A stretch of 64,000 nt of DNA from an uncultured Chloroflexia bacterium (GTDB lineage Bacteria; Chloroflexota; Limnocylindria; QHBO01): assembly GCA_963825525.1 (NCBI GenBank), contig CAWGTN010000003.1, forward strand, positions 144,297-208,296, in the 5' to 3' direction. Shown in pieces: positions 1 to 9,598 of the stretch. Position numbers and translations under genes: made by a program. Below the pieces are notes generated by a model. It saw nothing but the letters and a program-made list of their open reading frames with translations. It did no database searches and was not told where the DNA came from. Numbering within the stretch: the first letter of the stretch is position 1; each line of letters opens with the position of its first letter.

Positions 1-168
1 CTGGTCGCCGCTGTCGATGACCGCAACGGACATCGCCACGCCGAGCTCGGCGGCGACTACTTCGACTGCGGCAATGACGCGGCGAGCGGCGGCGAGCGTC
101 ATGCCCGCCGCCTGCGACGCGGTCGGCGTCCGCCAGGCGTCGACGTTCCGCAGGTCCGAATCGGGCAT
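1..168 (-). CDS. GlcG/HbpS-family heme-binding protein, N-terminal part (runs off window)
   Basis: Manual translation from ATG 168: MPDSDL...MTLAAARRVIAAVEVVAAELGVAMSVAVIDSGDQ, resembling the DUF336/GlcG N-terminus; directly follows the permease stop. Confidence 0.65.
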   Translation of the reverse strand, partial: MPDSDLRNVDAWRTPTASQAAGMTLAAARRVIAAVEVVAAELGVAMSVAVIDSGDQ

Positions 169-169
169 G

Positions 170-988
170 TCAGTCCCTTGAGCGGAGTCGCAGCGCGACC
201 AGGGTGAGCGCCACGGTGCCGATCATCAGCAGCACGGCCATGGCGATGAGGACGGGCAGACGCTGGGCGAAGCGCACCTGCCCATAGAGAAACACCGGGA
301 AGGTGGGGTCGCCGCCGACCAGGAAGATGGCGAGCGCGATCTCGTCGAACGACACGATGAAGCAGGTCAGCCAGGCGGCGACGATCGTCGGTCCCATGAG
401 CGGCAGGACAACTCGACGAAGTGTCGCCGGATAGGTAGCGCCGAGGTCCATGGCCGCGTCCTCGAGCGCCGGGTCGAGCCCTGAGAGACGCGCCAGCTGG
501 ATCAGCGTGGCGTACGGCGTGGCGATGACGGTATGCCCGATGGCAACGCTCAGCAGTGAGCGCGGCAGGTCAACCGTCACGAACAGGAGGAAGAATGCGA
601 CGCCCATGACCACGAAGGGAACGACGAGAGGCAGCCCGGCGAGCGCAAGCAAGGCTGCGCGGCCACGGAACTGGAAGCGGAGGACCGCTGTGGCGACGAG
701 GAACCCAATGGTGGTGGCGATGGTTGCCGAGGCTGTTCCCACCAGCAGGCTGTTCCGCGCGGCGGCGAGCATCGGGCCGTTGCCGAGCACGTCCGCGTAC
801 CAGTCGAGCGTCAGGCCCTCGATCGGGAATCGAAGCGTCGATCCGGCATTGAACGAGAAGACGAAGAGGATCCCGATCGGCAGGTAGAGAAGGACGAGCA
901 TGAGCGCGTAGAAGGCGCGGAGGGGAACCGCGGTCCCGCCGACGCCGATGTGCCGCGAGCGGCGGGATGGCACCGAACGACCCATCAC
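170..988 (-). CDS. Polyamine ABC transporter permease (PotC-like)
   Basis: Multiple TM segments, LYLPI..FSFN motif, EAA-type loop LEDAAMDLGA. Confidence 0.9.
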   Translation of the reverse strand: MMGRSVPSRRSRHIGVGGTAVPLRAFYALMLVLLYLPIGILFVFSFNAGSTLRFPIEGLTLDWYADVLGNGPMLAAARNSLLVGTASATIATTIGFLVATAVLRFQFRGRAALLALAGLPLVVPFVVMGVAFFLLFVTVDLPRSLLSVAIGHTVIATPYATLIQLARLSGLDPALEDAAMDLGATYPATLRRVVLPLMGPTIVAAWLTCFIVSFDEIALAIFLVGGDPTFPVFLYGQVRFAQRLPVLIAMAVLLMIGTVALTLVALRLRSRD

Positions 989-1845
989 AGGGACACCCGC
1001 TTCAGGTTCACGACCCGAAGGGCGATCAGCACAAGCAGCAGCGTCAGGACAAGCATGATCACCGCCATCGCCGCGCCCAGCGGCCAGTTGGCGGAACGCG
1101 TGAAGAAGCCAAGGATGATGTTGCCGTACATGATCCCGTCCGTTCCGCCGACCAGGGCTGGCGTGACGTACTCACCGACGGTCGGGATGAAGACCATGAA
1201 GAAGGTGGCAAGAGCGCCGGGAATGCTCAGCGGCACCGTGATACGCCAGAAGCGGGCCCAGGGGCCGGCCCCGAGATCGGCCGCTGCCTCGAGGTGGTTG
1301 CGATCGATGCGCTGCATGGCCGCATAGATCGGCAAGGCGGCGAAAGGCACCCAGACATACACGAGCGTGACGATCACTGCGGGACGGCTGTAGAGGAGAA
1401 GCGTCACCGGCTCGTTGGTCAGGCCGATGCTCTCGAGGAGGGAATTGATGGTGCCTTCCGGGCCGAGCATCAGCTTCCAGGCCATGATGCGAAGGAGATA
1501 GCTCACCGCGAACGGGACGAGCAGGAGGGTCAGATACAGCGTCGCCCGGTTTCCGGCCCGGAAGGTGAGGAAGTAGGCGATCGGATACGCCAGCAGGGTC
1601 GCGCCTGTGGCGATGCCGACGGCAGTGACCACCGAAAGGCCGAGCTGTCTCATGAAGGCCGGGGTGCTCAGGATCTGCTCGTAGTGCTCGAGGGACGGAG
1701 CGAAGCCGCCGTCAGGGCCGACCGCGCCTGAGCCTGAGCGAAGGCTGAAGGCCAGGATGAGCAGCACCGGGACGACGAAGAACAGCGCGAGCCACACCGC
1801 GGGCGGCCCGACGAGCAACGGCAGCGTTCTTCGACGTCCGAGCAC
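985..1845 (-). CDS. Polyamine ABC transporter permease (PotB-like)
   Basis: LAYPIAY and LEAAADLGA motifs, NWPLGAA C-terminal motif; 4-bp overlap with next gene. Confidence 0.9.
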   Translation of the reverse strand: MLGRRRTLPLLVGPPAVWLALFFVVPVLLILAFSLRSGSGAVGPDGGFAPSLEHYEQILSTPAFMRQLGLSVVTAVGIATGATLLAYPIAYFLTFRAGNRATLYLTLLLVPFAVSYLLRIMAWKLMLGPEGTINSLLESIGLTNEPVTLLLYSRPAVIVTLVYVWVPFAALPIYAAMQRIDRNHLEAAADLGAGPWARFWRITVPLSIPGALATFFMVFIPTVGEYVTPALVGGTDGIMYGNIILGFFTRSANWPLGAAMAVIMLVLTLLLVLIALRVVNLKRVSL

Positions 1846-1878
1846 CGTGATGTGCCTCGCGCTCGCGCTCGGCCCGGT

Positions 1879-2994
1879 CTACTCCGCCTGCACTCGCTCC
1901 CACATGGCGGTCCAGGCGGTCCGCTGCTCGTCGGTGACGATCGGCGTGAAATTCGTGGACTCGAGGATGGACGGGTCGTTGATGCCGAACGCCTCGATCA
2001 GCACTGGGTCATCGATGGCGGCCATGACATCGGCGTTCGCACATCCGTAGTAGAAGAGCGAGACCGCGTTTCCGCAGGTCGCCTCCGCGAGCTTCAGATC
2101 CAGGAACTTGAGCGCCAGCTCGTAACTGTCGGTCTCGGCGCTGATGCCGTACAGGCCGACCCACGAGTTGCGTCCCTCGTCCGGGTTCGCGTACGCGACC
2201 GGGTCGCCGGCCGCGAGGGCCGTGGCGTAGCAGCCTTGCCACGCATAGGCGACCCAGACCGTGCCGTCCTGCACCGATGGGCAGAGGTCCGTGTATTCGC
2301 CGGTCCAGTAGAACGCGTTGAGGGGCTTCTGGGCGATCCAGTCGGCCTCGATCTGAGCGAGCTGGTCATCGGTCAGCGCGGTCTCATCCCAGCCATTGAT
2401 GTACGACGAGACGGCAACGGCGGCCGGCCCGTCATTCCACATCGATACGTGGCCGGCAAAGGCCGGGTCGAGCAGTGCGTCCCAGCTCGTCACCTCCGGC
2501 ACGTGATCCGTGTTGTACAGGATCGAGCTGAAGCCCCAGTCCCAAGGGAGGAAATACTGCTTCCCGTCGACCTGGCCGAGCTGTCGGTACTCCTCCGGCA
2601 CCTTGTCCCAGTTGGACAGTTTGCTCGTGTCGATCTCTCGAACGAGGCCCTCATCCACGTAGAACTGCTGCCAGCCCGTGTAGAAGTGGAAGACGTCGGC
2701 CTGGCTGCCGGCCTGCATGAGCGCCAGGATGTTGGCGTCGGTGTCACCGAACTCGAAGTTGACCTGGGTGTCCGGACTCGCCGACTTGAAGTCGGTCCAG
2801 AAGTCTTCGGCTTCGTATCCGCTCCACTCCAGCACGAGGAGCTCGTCCGGCTCGGCCGCAGCCGATGGACTGGACGCCGGCTCGCCAGACGATGCCCCGC
2901 CAGATCCGCCACCGACGTTGGTTCCGCAGGCAGCGAGCAGCAGCCCGATGGCCACGATGGGTGCGGTGAATCGCGTCAGATGCGTGGTTCGCAT
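1879..2994 (-). CDS. Polyamine ABC substrate-binding lipoprotein (PotD/PotF-like)
   Basis: Lipobox LLAAC, WSGY, PWDWG and SWDAL motifs; SD GGAGG upstream. Confidence 0.85.
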   Translation of the reverse strand: MRTTHLTRFTAPIVAIGLLLAACGTNVGGGSGGASSGEPASSPSAAAEPDELLVLEWSGYEAEDFWTDFKSASPDTQVNFEFGDTDANILALMQAGSQADVFHFYTGWQQFYVDEGLVREIDTSKLSNWDKVPEEYRQLGQVDGKQYFLPWDWGFSSILYNTDHVPEVTSWDALLDPAFAGHVSMWNDGPAAVAVSSYINGWDETALTDDQLAQIEADWIAQKPLNAFYWTGEYTDLCPSVQDGTVWVAYAWQGCYATALAAGDPVAYANPDEGRNSWVGLYGISAETDSYELALKFLDLKLAEATCGNAVSLFYYGCANADVMAAIDDPVLIEAFGINDPSILESTNFTPIVTDEQRTAWTAMWERVQAE

Positions 2995-3037
2995 GCTCGG
3001 TTGCCTCCTGATGCGCCGGAGCTCTAGATGCCAATCC

Positions 3038-3109
3038 CTGAAGCGTTGCTCAAGATCGGATCGTACTGCGCCGATACAGGTCGGTCAAGATTCTGAAGCA
3101 TGCCTTCAG
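3038..3109 (-). promoter_or_regulatory. Sigma70-type promoter TTGACC-N17-TACGAT flanked by two 17-bp operators
   Basis: -35 at 3083-3088 and -10 at 3060-3065 (minus strand); CTGAAGCGTTGCTCAAG 3038-3054 and CTGAAGCATGCCTTCAG 3093-3109. Confidence 0.7.
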
Positions 3110-3117
3110 ATGGAGTG

Positions 3118-4542
3118 TCATCCACCCATCCGATAGCCGAGCAGCCGCGGGAGACGGGCGATCAACCGAACAAGGACGTTCGGCCGCCGATCCACCTGCT
3201 CCGCATCGTCCTTGCGAACGAGTGCCTCGCGAACGAGTCGCGCACCGACATATCGGAACGGCTCGGGTGGGAAGGGCCGCGTGCGGGCACCGACGATCGG
3301 AAGCCGCGCCAATGGGTCCTGTCCGCCGTCGGTCAGCGCGGCCAGAATTCGTCCCGCCAGACGCGACGGCCCCACGCCGTTGCCGGAGTAGCCGTGGGCA
3401 TAGTGGACCCGGCCGCCATACATTGAGCCGAGCGACGGTAGGCGATCCGCGGAGATGTCGATCGGGCCTCCCCACGCATCGTCGATTCGGACGTCGGCGA
3501 GCATCGGAAAGAGGTGGCGAAACCCGGCCGCGGCCCGCGCCACGGCCGTCCGATCCGCCACGAACCCACGCCCGATGACACCGCCAAATCCGGCCCCACC
3601 GACCCCGGCGCCGAAGGCGATTCGCCCGTCCCGCGTGGTCCGGAAGTAGCTGACGGTGAAGCGAGCGTCGGTGATCGCCTCGCCTCCGGTCCACCCAAGC
3701 TCGGCGAGGCGTTCGGGGATCGGCTCCGTGAGCACGATGTAGCTGCCCCAGGTCATGAGCCGAGTGCGAAACCCTGGCCAGCCGGCGGCCCATGCGTTCA
3801 GCCCGAGCACCACCTGCGGTGCGCTGAGCGAGCCCTGGTCGGTTTCGAGGGTCAGCGACGAGCCGGCGCGCAGGCGCCGCACCCTGGTCTTCTCGTGGAT
3901 CGTCACCCCGCGCTCAATCAGCACGCTCCGGAGGCCACGAGCCAGGATCGCCGGCTGCACCGTGGCACCTCCGGGCATGAGGACACCGGCACGGAACCGC
4001 GGCGAGGCGCAGCGCCGCTGGACGTCCTTGGCATCGACGGGAACGTAGCGGTCGGCAACCCCGAGCTCGCGGCACACGCGTACGGGTGCCGCCCACGAGT
4101 CGTCTTGGGCGCGCGACGCACTGACTTCAAGGTAGCCGCCCGGCGTGAACCAGGCGTCGACCCCATGCCGCTCGCAGAACTCCCCGATCTGGCCGACGGC
4201 GCGCTCCGACGCTCGAGCGAGCTCGACGGCGGCATCCGGGCCGTGGAGTTCGGTCAGCAGTGGAAGCTGATCCCACCATCCGTGGACGAAGCCGCCGTTC
4301 CGTCCGCTCGGACCGCCTCCGCAGATGTCCTGCTCGAGGATCACGATGCGTGCGTCCGGCATCCGCTCGAGGAGCTCGTAGGCGGTCCACATCCCGGTGT
4401 AGCCTCCGCCGACGATCGCCACGTCACATTCCGCCGGGCCGAGGAGGGCAGCTGCGGGCGGATGATCGCCTTCAGCACGCAACGCCTCGCGCAGCCACCA
4501 ACTGCGTCGATCACCGGGTTCGGGGAGCACCGGATGGTCCAC
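3118..4542 (-). CDS. FAD-dependent oxidoreductase, DAO/PuuB (gamma-glutamylputrescine oxidase)-like
   Basis: VAIVGGGYTG, GPSGRNGG and GYSGNGVG motifs; polyamine operon context. Confidence 0.85.
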   Translation of the reverse strand: MDHPVLPEPGDRRSWWLREALRAEGDHPPAAALLGPAECDVAIVGGGYTGMWTAYELLERMPDARIVILEQDICGGGPSGRNGGFVHGWWDQLPLLTELHGPDAAVELARASERAVGQIGEFCERHGVDAWFTPGGYLEVSASRAQDDSWAAPVRVCRELGVADRYVPVDAKDVQRRCASPRFRAGVLMPGGATVQPAILARGLRSVLIERGVTIHEKTRVRRLRAGSSLTLETDQGSLSAPQVVLGLNAWAAGWPGFRTRLMTWGSYIVLTEPIPERLAELGWTGGEAITDARFTVSYFRTTRDGRIAFGAGVGGAGFGGVIGRGFVADRTAVARAAAGFRHLFPMLADVRIDDAWGGPIDISADRLPSLGSMYGGRVHYAHGYSGNGVGPSRLAGRILAALTDGGQDPLARLPIVGARTRPFPPEPFRYVGARLVREALVRKDDAEQVDRRPNVLVRLIARLPRLLGYRMGG

Positions 4543-4549
4543 GGCGTAC

Positions 4550-4633
4550 CTAAAGCGTTGCTACAGTTCCGCGATCCTATCGGGCCAGCGGACGGTCGGT
4601 CAAGATTGCATGCCTGAAGCGATCCTTTAGACT
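4550..4633. promoter_or_regulatory. Divergent promoters with two more 17-bp operators
   Basis: CTAAAGCGTTGCTACAG 4550-4566 and CTGAAGCGATCCTTTAG 4614-4630; minus-strand TTGACC(4598-4603)-N18-TAGGAT(4574-4579); plus-strand -10 TAGACT 4628-4633. Confidence 0.7.
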
Positions 4634-4640
4634 TGGCGCC

Positions 4641-5198
4641 ATGGCCGAGCAAGACGACATGATCGGGGCAACCCTCCGCGCCGTTCGGCGACGGCAGGGC
4701 ATGACACTGCGCCAGGTGGCTGAGGCGGCGGGCGTCACCGAGAGCTTCCTGTCGCAGGTCGAGCGAGACATCGCAAGCCCATCAATCGCCACGCTGCGGC
4801 GTGTCGCGGTTGCGCTCGGCACGTCCATCGGCGTACTCCTCGACGACGTCGGCCCCCAGGGCCAGCTGGTCCGCGCGGCGGACCGCCGGATTGTCACCTA
4901 CCCGGGGCTGGATGCACGCGACGAGTTCCTTACCGATGGCAGCGGTGGGCGCCTGCAGGTGATCCTTTCGGTCGTGGAGCCCGGGGGCGGCACGGGTCCG
5001 GAGGCGTATAGCCACGAGTCGGACGAAGAGTGCCTCATCGTCCTCGAGGGCGCGCTCGACCTGTGGGTGGGTGCCGAACACCATCGGCTCGAGACCGGAG
5101 ACGCCATCCGCTATCCGAGCCGCACACCGCATCGCAACGAGAACCCGGGGCCGGACACCGCACGCATCCTGTTCGTGATCACGCCGCCCAGCTATTGA
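4641..5198 (+). CDS. XRE-family HTH + cupin transcriptional regulator (PuuR-like)
   Basis: N-terminal HTH (LSQVERDIASPSI), C-terminal cupin (H..EE..VLEG..PH); divergent from oxidase. Confidence 0.9.
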   Translation: MAEQDDMIGATLRAVRRRQGMTLRQVAEAAGVTESFLSQVERDIASPSIATLRRVAVALGTSIGVLLDDVGPQGQLVRAADRRIVTYPGLDARDEFLTDGSGGRLQVILSVVEPGGGTGPEAYSHESDEECLIVLEGALDLWVGAEHHRLETGDAIRYPSRTPHRNENPGPDTARILFVITPPSY

Positions 5199-5255
5199 CC
5201 GCGTCGCCTTCCGTTGGCGGTGCGGTGGCGGCCGGGCCGCGGTAGCATCGGCTCA

Positions 5256-6476
5256 ATGAATGAGTCCGCGTCGCGCACCCCGGTCATCGTCGATGGCATT
5301 CGAACACCCTTCGGCCGCTATGGCGGCGCGCTGAAGGACGTTCGGCCCGATGACATGGCCGCCCACGTCATCCGTACCCTGGTGGCGCGCAGCTCTCTCG
5401 ATCCGACGGTCATCGATGACGTGATCCTCGGGGCGGCCAACCAGGCGGGCGAGGACAACCGAAACGTCGGACGCATGGGGGCGCTGCTCGCCGATCTCCC
5501 GGTCGAGGTCCCCGGACAGACGGTCAACCGGCTGTGCGGCTCGGGTCTGCAGGCGGTCATCACCGCCGCGCATGCCATCGCCTACGGCGACGGGTCGGTG
5601 TTCGTGGCCGGTGGCGTCGAGTCCATGACCCGCGCCCCGTTCGTGATGGCCAAGCCATCGGCTGCATTTCCGCGCGGTGAGCAGACCATGCACGACACCA
5701 CGCTCGGCTGGCGCTTCACCAATCCGCGTCTCGCCGAGGCGTACTACCCGTACTCGATGGGAGAGACGGCGGAGAACGTGGTGGAGCGCACCGGCGTCAG
5801 CCGTGAGGAGCAGGATGCCTTCGCGGTCGGCTCGCAGCAGCGGTGGAAGGCGGCGCAGGATGCCGGTCGGTTCGCCGACGAGATCGTCCCGATCGAGGTC
5901 CCCGACGGCCGGACGACCCGGATGTTCGACACCGACGAGCATCCGCGCCCCGACGCGACCCTCGAGGACCTGGCAAAGCTGAAGCCGGCGTTCTCACGGG
6001 ACGCGTCGGGATCGGTCACGGCCGGCAACTCATCGGGCATCAACGACGGGGCGGCCGCGCTCCTGGTCATGAGCGAGTCTCGGGCGCGCGAGCTGGGCCT
6101 GAAGCCGATGGCGCGCCTCGTGGCATCGGCGGTTGCCGGTGTCGATCCCGCGACGATGGGATTGGGGCCGATCCCGGCATCCCGCCTGGCACTCGAGCGA
6201 GCGGGCCTGACGGTTGCCGATCTCGACCTGGTGGAGCTCAATGAAGCCTTCGCCGCGCAGGCCGTTCCGGTGATGCGCGAGCTCGGACTGGACCCAGTGC
6301 GGACCAACGTGAACGGCGGGGCCATTGCGATCGGTCATCCGCTGGGGGCGTCCGGGGCGCGGCTCGCCGCGACCCTGGTGCACGAGATGCGGCGCCGCGG
6401 TGCACGGTACGGGCTTGCAACCATGTGCATCGGCGTTGGCCAGGGAATCGCCGCCGTCTTCGAATCCGTCGAATAG
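5256..6476 (+). CDS. Acetyl-CoA C-acyltransferase / thiolase (PcaF/PaaJ-like)
   Basis: [20 protein letters not shown] and CIGVGQG motifs; start 7 nt after TAGCAT. Confidence 0.92.
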   Translation: MNESASRTPVIVDGIRTPFGRYGGALKDVRPDDMAAHVIRTLVARSSLDPTVIDDVILGAANQAGEDNRNVGRMGALLADLPVEVPGQTVNRLCGSGLQAVITAAHAIAYGDGSVFVAGGVESMTRAPFVMAKPSAAFPRGEQTMHDTTLGWRFTNPRLAEAYYPYSMGETAENVVERTGVSREEQDAFAVGSQQRWKAAQDAGRFADEIVPIEVPDGRTTRMFDTDEHPRPDATLEDLAKLKPAFSRDASGSVTAGNSSGINDGAAALLVMSESRARELGLKPMARLVASAVAGVDPATMGLGPIPASRLALERAGLTVADLDLVELNEAFAAQAVPVMRELGLDPVRTNVNGGAIAIGHPLGASGARLAATLVHEMRRRGARYGLATMCIGVGQGIAAVFESVE

Positions 6477-6489
6477 CGACCGGCCGCCG

Positions 6490-7695
6490 GTGTCGGACGT
6501 TCGGCTGATCTTCTCGATCCAGGCCGTTCGCGCGTTCCTCTACGGGTTCAGCAGCATCCTCATCGGCGCGTCGCTGGCGGCAACCGGCCTCGACGCGGCC
6601 GCGGTCGGCGCCGTGTTCACTGCGATGCTGGTGGGCATGGCCATCTCCGCCATGGCAGTCGGCCGATGGGGCGAGCGATTCGGTCGGCGCCGGACATACG
6701 CGGTGCTCCTCGCGATGATGGGGATCGCCGGCACCGTGTTCGCGCTGACCGGCCTGGTTCCGCTCCTCGTGCTGGCCGCGTTGACCGGCACGCTCTCCAC
6801 CGACCCGAACGAGTCCGGGCCGATCACCAGCATGGAGCAGGCCATGCTCTCCACCGCGCCGGCGACGGAGAGGGCACGGGTCTATGGCCGCTACAACGCC
6901 GTCGCGTATCTCGCGGGTGCGGTTGGGGCGCTCGCCGCCGGCGGACCGACCGCTCTGCGCGCGATCCTGCCCGGGCTGCCCCCCGACCAGCGCTGGCTGC
7001 TGCTCATGCCGATCGGCGCCGTCGTGTGCGTGATGCTGGCGCTTCGGCTCTCCACGACGGTGGAGGTCGAGCGCACGCCCATGCCCGGTGCGCGGGGGCT
7101 GCAGCGCTCGCGCGGTACCGTGCAGCGGCTCTCGGCACTTTTCGCGCTCGATGCCTTTGCCGGCGGCTTCATCGTCCAGACCTTCATGGTGTTCTGGTTC
7201 GGACGCCAGTTCGGCGCGACGGCCGAGGTGATGGGCCTTGTCTTCTTTGCCGTCGGCCTGCTGCAGGCGGCGTCATCGGTCGCCGCCGGGTGGCTGGGCA
7301 TGCGGATCGGCCTGCTGAACACCATGGTCTTCACGCACCTGCCGTCAAATGTGCTGCTCGCGCTGGTGCCGCTGGCTCCCACGTTCCTCGTCGCGGCGCT
7401 GCTCCTGATGGGCAGGTCCGCCCTGTCGCAGATGGACGTTCCGGCCCGGCAGGCGTACCTCGCGGCGCTCGTCGATCCGGCCGAGCGAACGGCGGCCGCC
7501 GCCTACACCAATGCGGCGCGCCACGTGGTGCGGCCGGCCGGTCCGGCGCTCGCATCGGCGTCGATGGGTATGGCGGCGGGGATCCCGTTCCTCGTGGCGG
7601 GCGGTCTGAAGATCGTCTACGACCTGGCGCTGTACGTCACGTTCCGGCGGGTCTCGCTGGCTGACGACGATCCGCCTCCCACTCCCCGCGGGTGA
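6490..7695 (+). CDS. MFS transporter
   Basis: About 12 hydrophobic segments, ERFGRR motif A, SQMDVPARQAY. Confidence 0.85.
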   Translation: MSDVRLIFSIQAVRAFLYGFSSILIGASLAATGLDAAAVGAVFTAMLVGMAISAMAVGRWGERFGRRRTYAVLLAMMGIAGTVFALTGLVPLLVLAALTGTLSTDPNESGPITSMEQAMLSTAPATERARVYGRYNAVAYLAGAVGALAAGGPTALRAILPGLPPDQRWLLLMPIGAVVCVMLALRLSTTVEVERTPMPGARGLQRSRGTVQRLSALFALDAFAGGFIVQTFMVFWFGRQFGATAEVMGLVFFAVGLLQAASSVAAGWLGMRIGLLNTMVFTHLPSNVLLALVPLAPTFLVAALLLMGRSALSQMDVPARQAYLAALVDPAERTAAAAYTNAARHVVRPAGPALASASMGMAAGIPFLVAGGLKIVYDLALYVTFRRVSLADDDPPPTPRG

Positions 7696-8218
7696 TCGCG
7701 TACTCGACGTCCCCGTGCTCGTCGCCCGGGATCTTGTACGGCCAGTCCCCGTGGAAGAGACGAATGAAGCGCAGTCCGGACTTCTCCATCACGCGACGCG
7801 ACGCGCCATGGATGGCAAGGGCGAACGCGTTCACGCGGCTCGCGCCGAGGTCGGTGAAGGCCAGGTCGACCAGCGCCCGTGAGCCCTCGGTCGCGTAGCC
7901 CTTGCCCCAGGCCGCACGCATGAATCGGTAGCCGAGCTCAGGCTCGTCGTCAGGCGCGTCCTCCTCGGGGCGCAGGTGGAACCAGCCGAGGAAGTTGCCG
8001 GTCGACTTCTCGATAGCGGCGAAGAACCCGTAGCCGGGCCAGCGGTCGTAGTGGGCAAGCCAACGTGCCAGCACGGCGGCACTCGCCTGGGGAATTCCTC
8101 CGGTGATGTGGAACGTCACGTCCGGGTCGCTGTCGAGCTCGACGATGAGGTCGAGGTCGTCGGAAGTGAAGCGGCGGATGAGCAGCCGATCGGTCTCGAC
8201 CACGAGTTCCCCGCTCAT
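7637..8218 (-). CDS. GNAT N-acetyltransferase (RimJ/RimL family)
   Basis: ETDRLLIR, ELGYR..WGKGYATE and SRRVMEKSG motifs. Confidence 0.9.
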   Translation of the reverse strand: MSGELVVETDRLLIRRFTSDDLDLIVELDSDPDVTFHITGGIPQASAAVLARWLAHYDRWPGYGFFAAIEKSTGNFLGWFHLRPEEDAPDDEPELGYRFMRAAWGKGYATEGSRALVDLAFTDLGASRVNAFALAIHGASRRVMEKSGLRFIRLFHGDWPYKIPGDEHGDVEYAITRGEWEADRRQPARPAGT

Positions 8219-8222
8219 CGGC

Positions 8223-9212
8223 TCAGGAGAGCTTGAGGTTCGGGAGCACCTTCTCCCCGAAGGTCGAGATGAAGGAGGCCTGGTCGCGCCCGACGTTGTG
8301 GATGTAGACCTCGTCGAAGCCCATGTCGACGAATTTCTGGATCTGGGCGGTGTGCTCCTCGAGATCGGCGCTGATGAGCATCCGATCCTTGAAGTTCTCG
8401 ATCCTCACCAGCTTTGCGATGTTCGCGAAGTCCTCGGGGTTCTTGATGTCCTGCTTCGGGAATGGCATGCCGCCGTTCGGCCACTCCTTCAGGGCGTTCT
8501 CTTCGGCCTCGCCCTGCGTCGGTGCCCAGCTGATGTGGATCTGGAGCTGGGTTCGCATGGCCGATGCGTCCTTGCCCGCCTCCTTGGCGCCCTCGCGGAA
8601 CTTGTCCCACAGCATCGCGATCTTCTCGTCGGCGGCGCCCACGGTGATGATCCCATCGGCGAACTTCCCGGTGCGCTTGGCATTCACCGGTCCGGCGGTG
8701 GCCACGTAGATCGGGACCGGCTGCTCTGGGATCGTGTACAGGCGCGCCGACTCCAGGGTGAAGTAGTCACCATCGTGCTTGACGACCTTGCCGCTGAACA
8801 GCTTGCTGATGATCTCGATGCTCTCGAACATCATCCGGCTGCGTACCCCGATCTCCGGCCACTCGCCGCCGATGACGTGCTCGTTCAGCGCCTCGCCCGC
8901 GCCGAGTCCCAGCCAGAAGCGCCCCGGGTACATGGCGCCAAGCGTCGCGGCCGCATGTGCGATGACCGCGGGGTGATAGCGGAAGCCGGGACAGGTGACG
9001 GCGGTGCCGAAGGGAAGCGTCGTCCGCTGGCCGAGTGCGCCCATGAAGCTCCAGGCGAACGCACTCTGGCCCTGTTGTGGGGTCCATGGGTGGAAATGCT
9101 CGCTGACCTGGAAGCCGGCATCGAAGCCTGCGGCCTCGGATTGTTCCGCCCAGTCCAGGAGGTCCGTCGGATGGAACTGCTCGAGCATTGCCGCGTAGCC
9201 GATCTTCGTCAT
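8223..9212 (-). CDS. F420-dependent LLM-class oxidoreductase (G6PDH/TIGR03557-like)
   Basis: SEHFHPW, FGTAVTCP and GLGAGEALNEH motifs. Confidence 0.9.
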   Translation of the reverse strand: MTKIGYAAMLEQFHPTDLLDWAEQSEAAGFDAGFQVSEHFHPWTPQQGQSAFAWSFMGALGQRTTLPFGTAVTCPGFRYHPAVIAHAAATLGAMYPGRFWLGLGAGEALNEHVIGGEWPEIGVRSRMMFESIEIISKLFSGKVVKHDGDYFTLESARLYTIPEQPVPIYVATAGPVNAKRTGKFADGIITVGAADEKIAMLWDKFREGAKEAGKDASAMRTQLQIHISWAPTQGEAEENALKEWPNGGMPFPKQDIKNPEDFANIAKLVRIENFKDRMLISADLEEHTAQIQKFVDMGFDEVYIHNVGRDQASFISTFGEKVLPNLKLS

Positions 9213-9306
9213 GTGCCTAGCCTACCCGCTCCTCTCTTTCGGCGGTTGGGTGGGCGGCCCTCCACGGTATTGGTGGCCGCGCCTCGGTATATGGTGGGCT
9301 GGCCTC

Positions 9307-9510
9307 GACGGTTCCTGGAGGCGGCGCCTCGATCTATCACGGGATGTTCACGCGAGGCCACGGCTGCGCGTCGGATCTTCGAATTATCGAGCCCTCACGT
9401 GCGTGAGCGACGCGCGCGCGGACCCTTCACGCACCCTGCCACTCGATCCATCGCGGAAACGGCACCTGGCAAGGCTCCTCCGTGCGATTCCCTCGATCCA
9501 TCGAGTGCGT
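9307..9510. repeat. Palindromic-box repeat element, copy 1 (four CGAT-NN-ATCG-type boxes)
   Basis: Boxes start at 9330, 9380, 9444 and 9494 (spacing 50/64/50). Confidence 0.7.
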
Positions 9511-9544
9511 GTCAACCGGCGCGGCACGAAAGCGGCGCGGCACG

Positions 9545-9583
9545 AAAACGGCGCCGGCCGCCCAAGGGGCACCCGGCGCCGTT
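9545..9583 (-). terminator. Rho-independent terminator of the 9599-10369 gene
   Basis: AACGGCGCCGG...CCGGCGCCGTT inverted repeat ending in a short T run on the minus strand; abuts a 16-bp tandem duplicate CGGCGCGGCACGAAAR. Confidence 0.6.
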
Positions 9584-9598
9584 GATCGCAGTCAGGAC

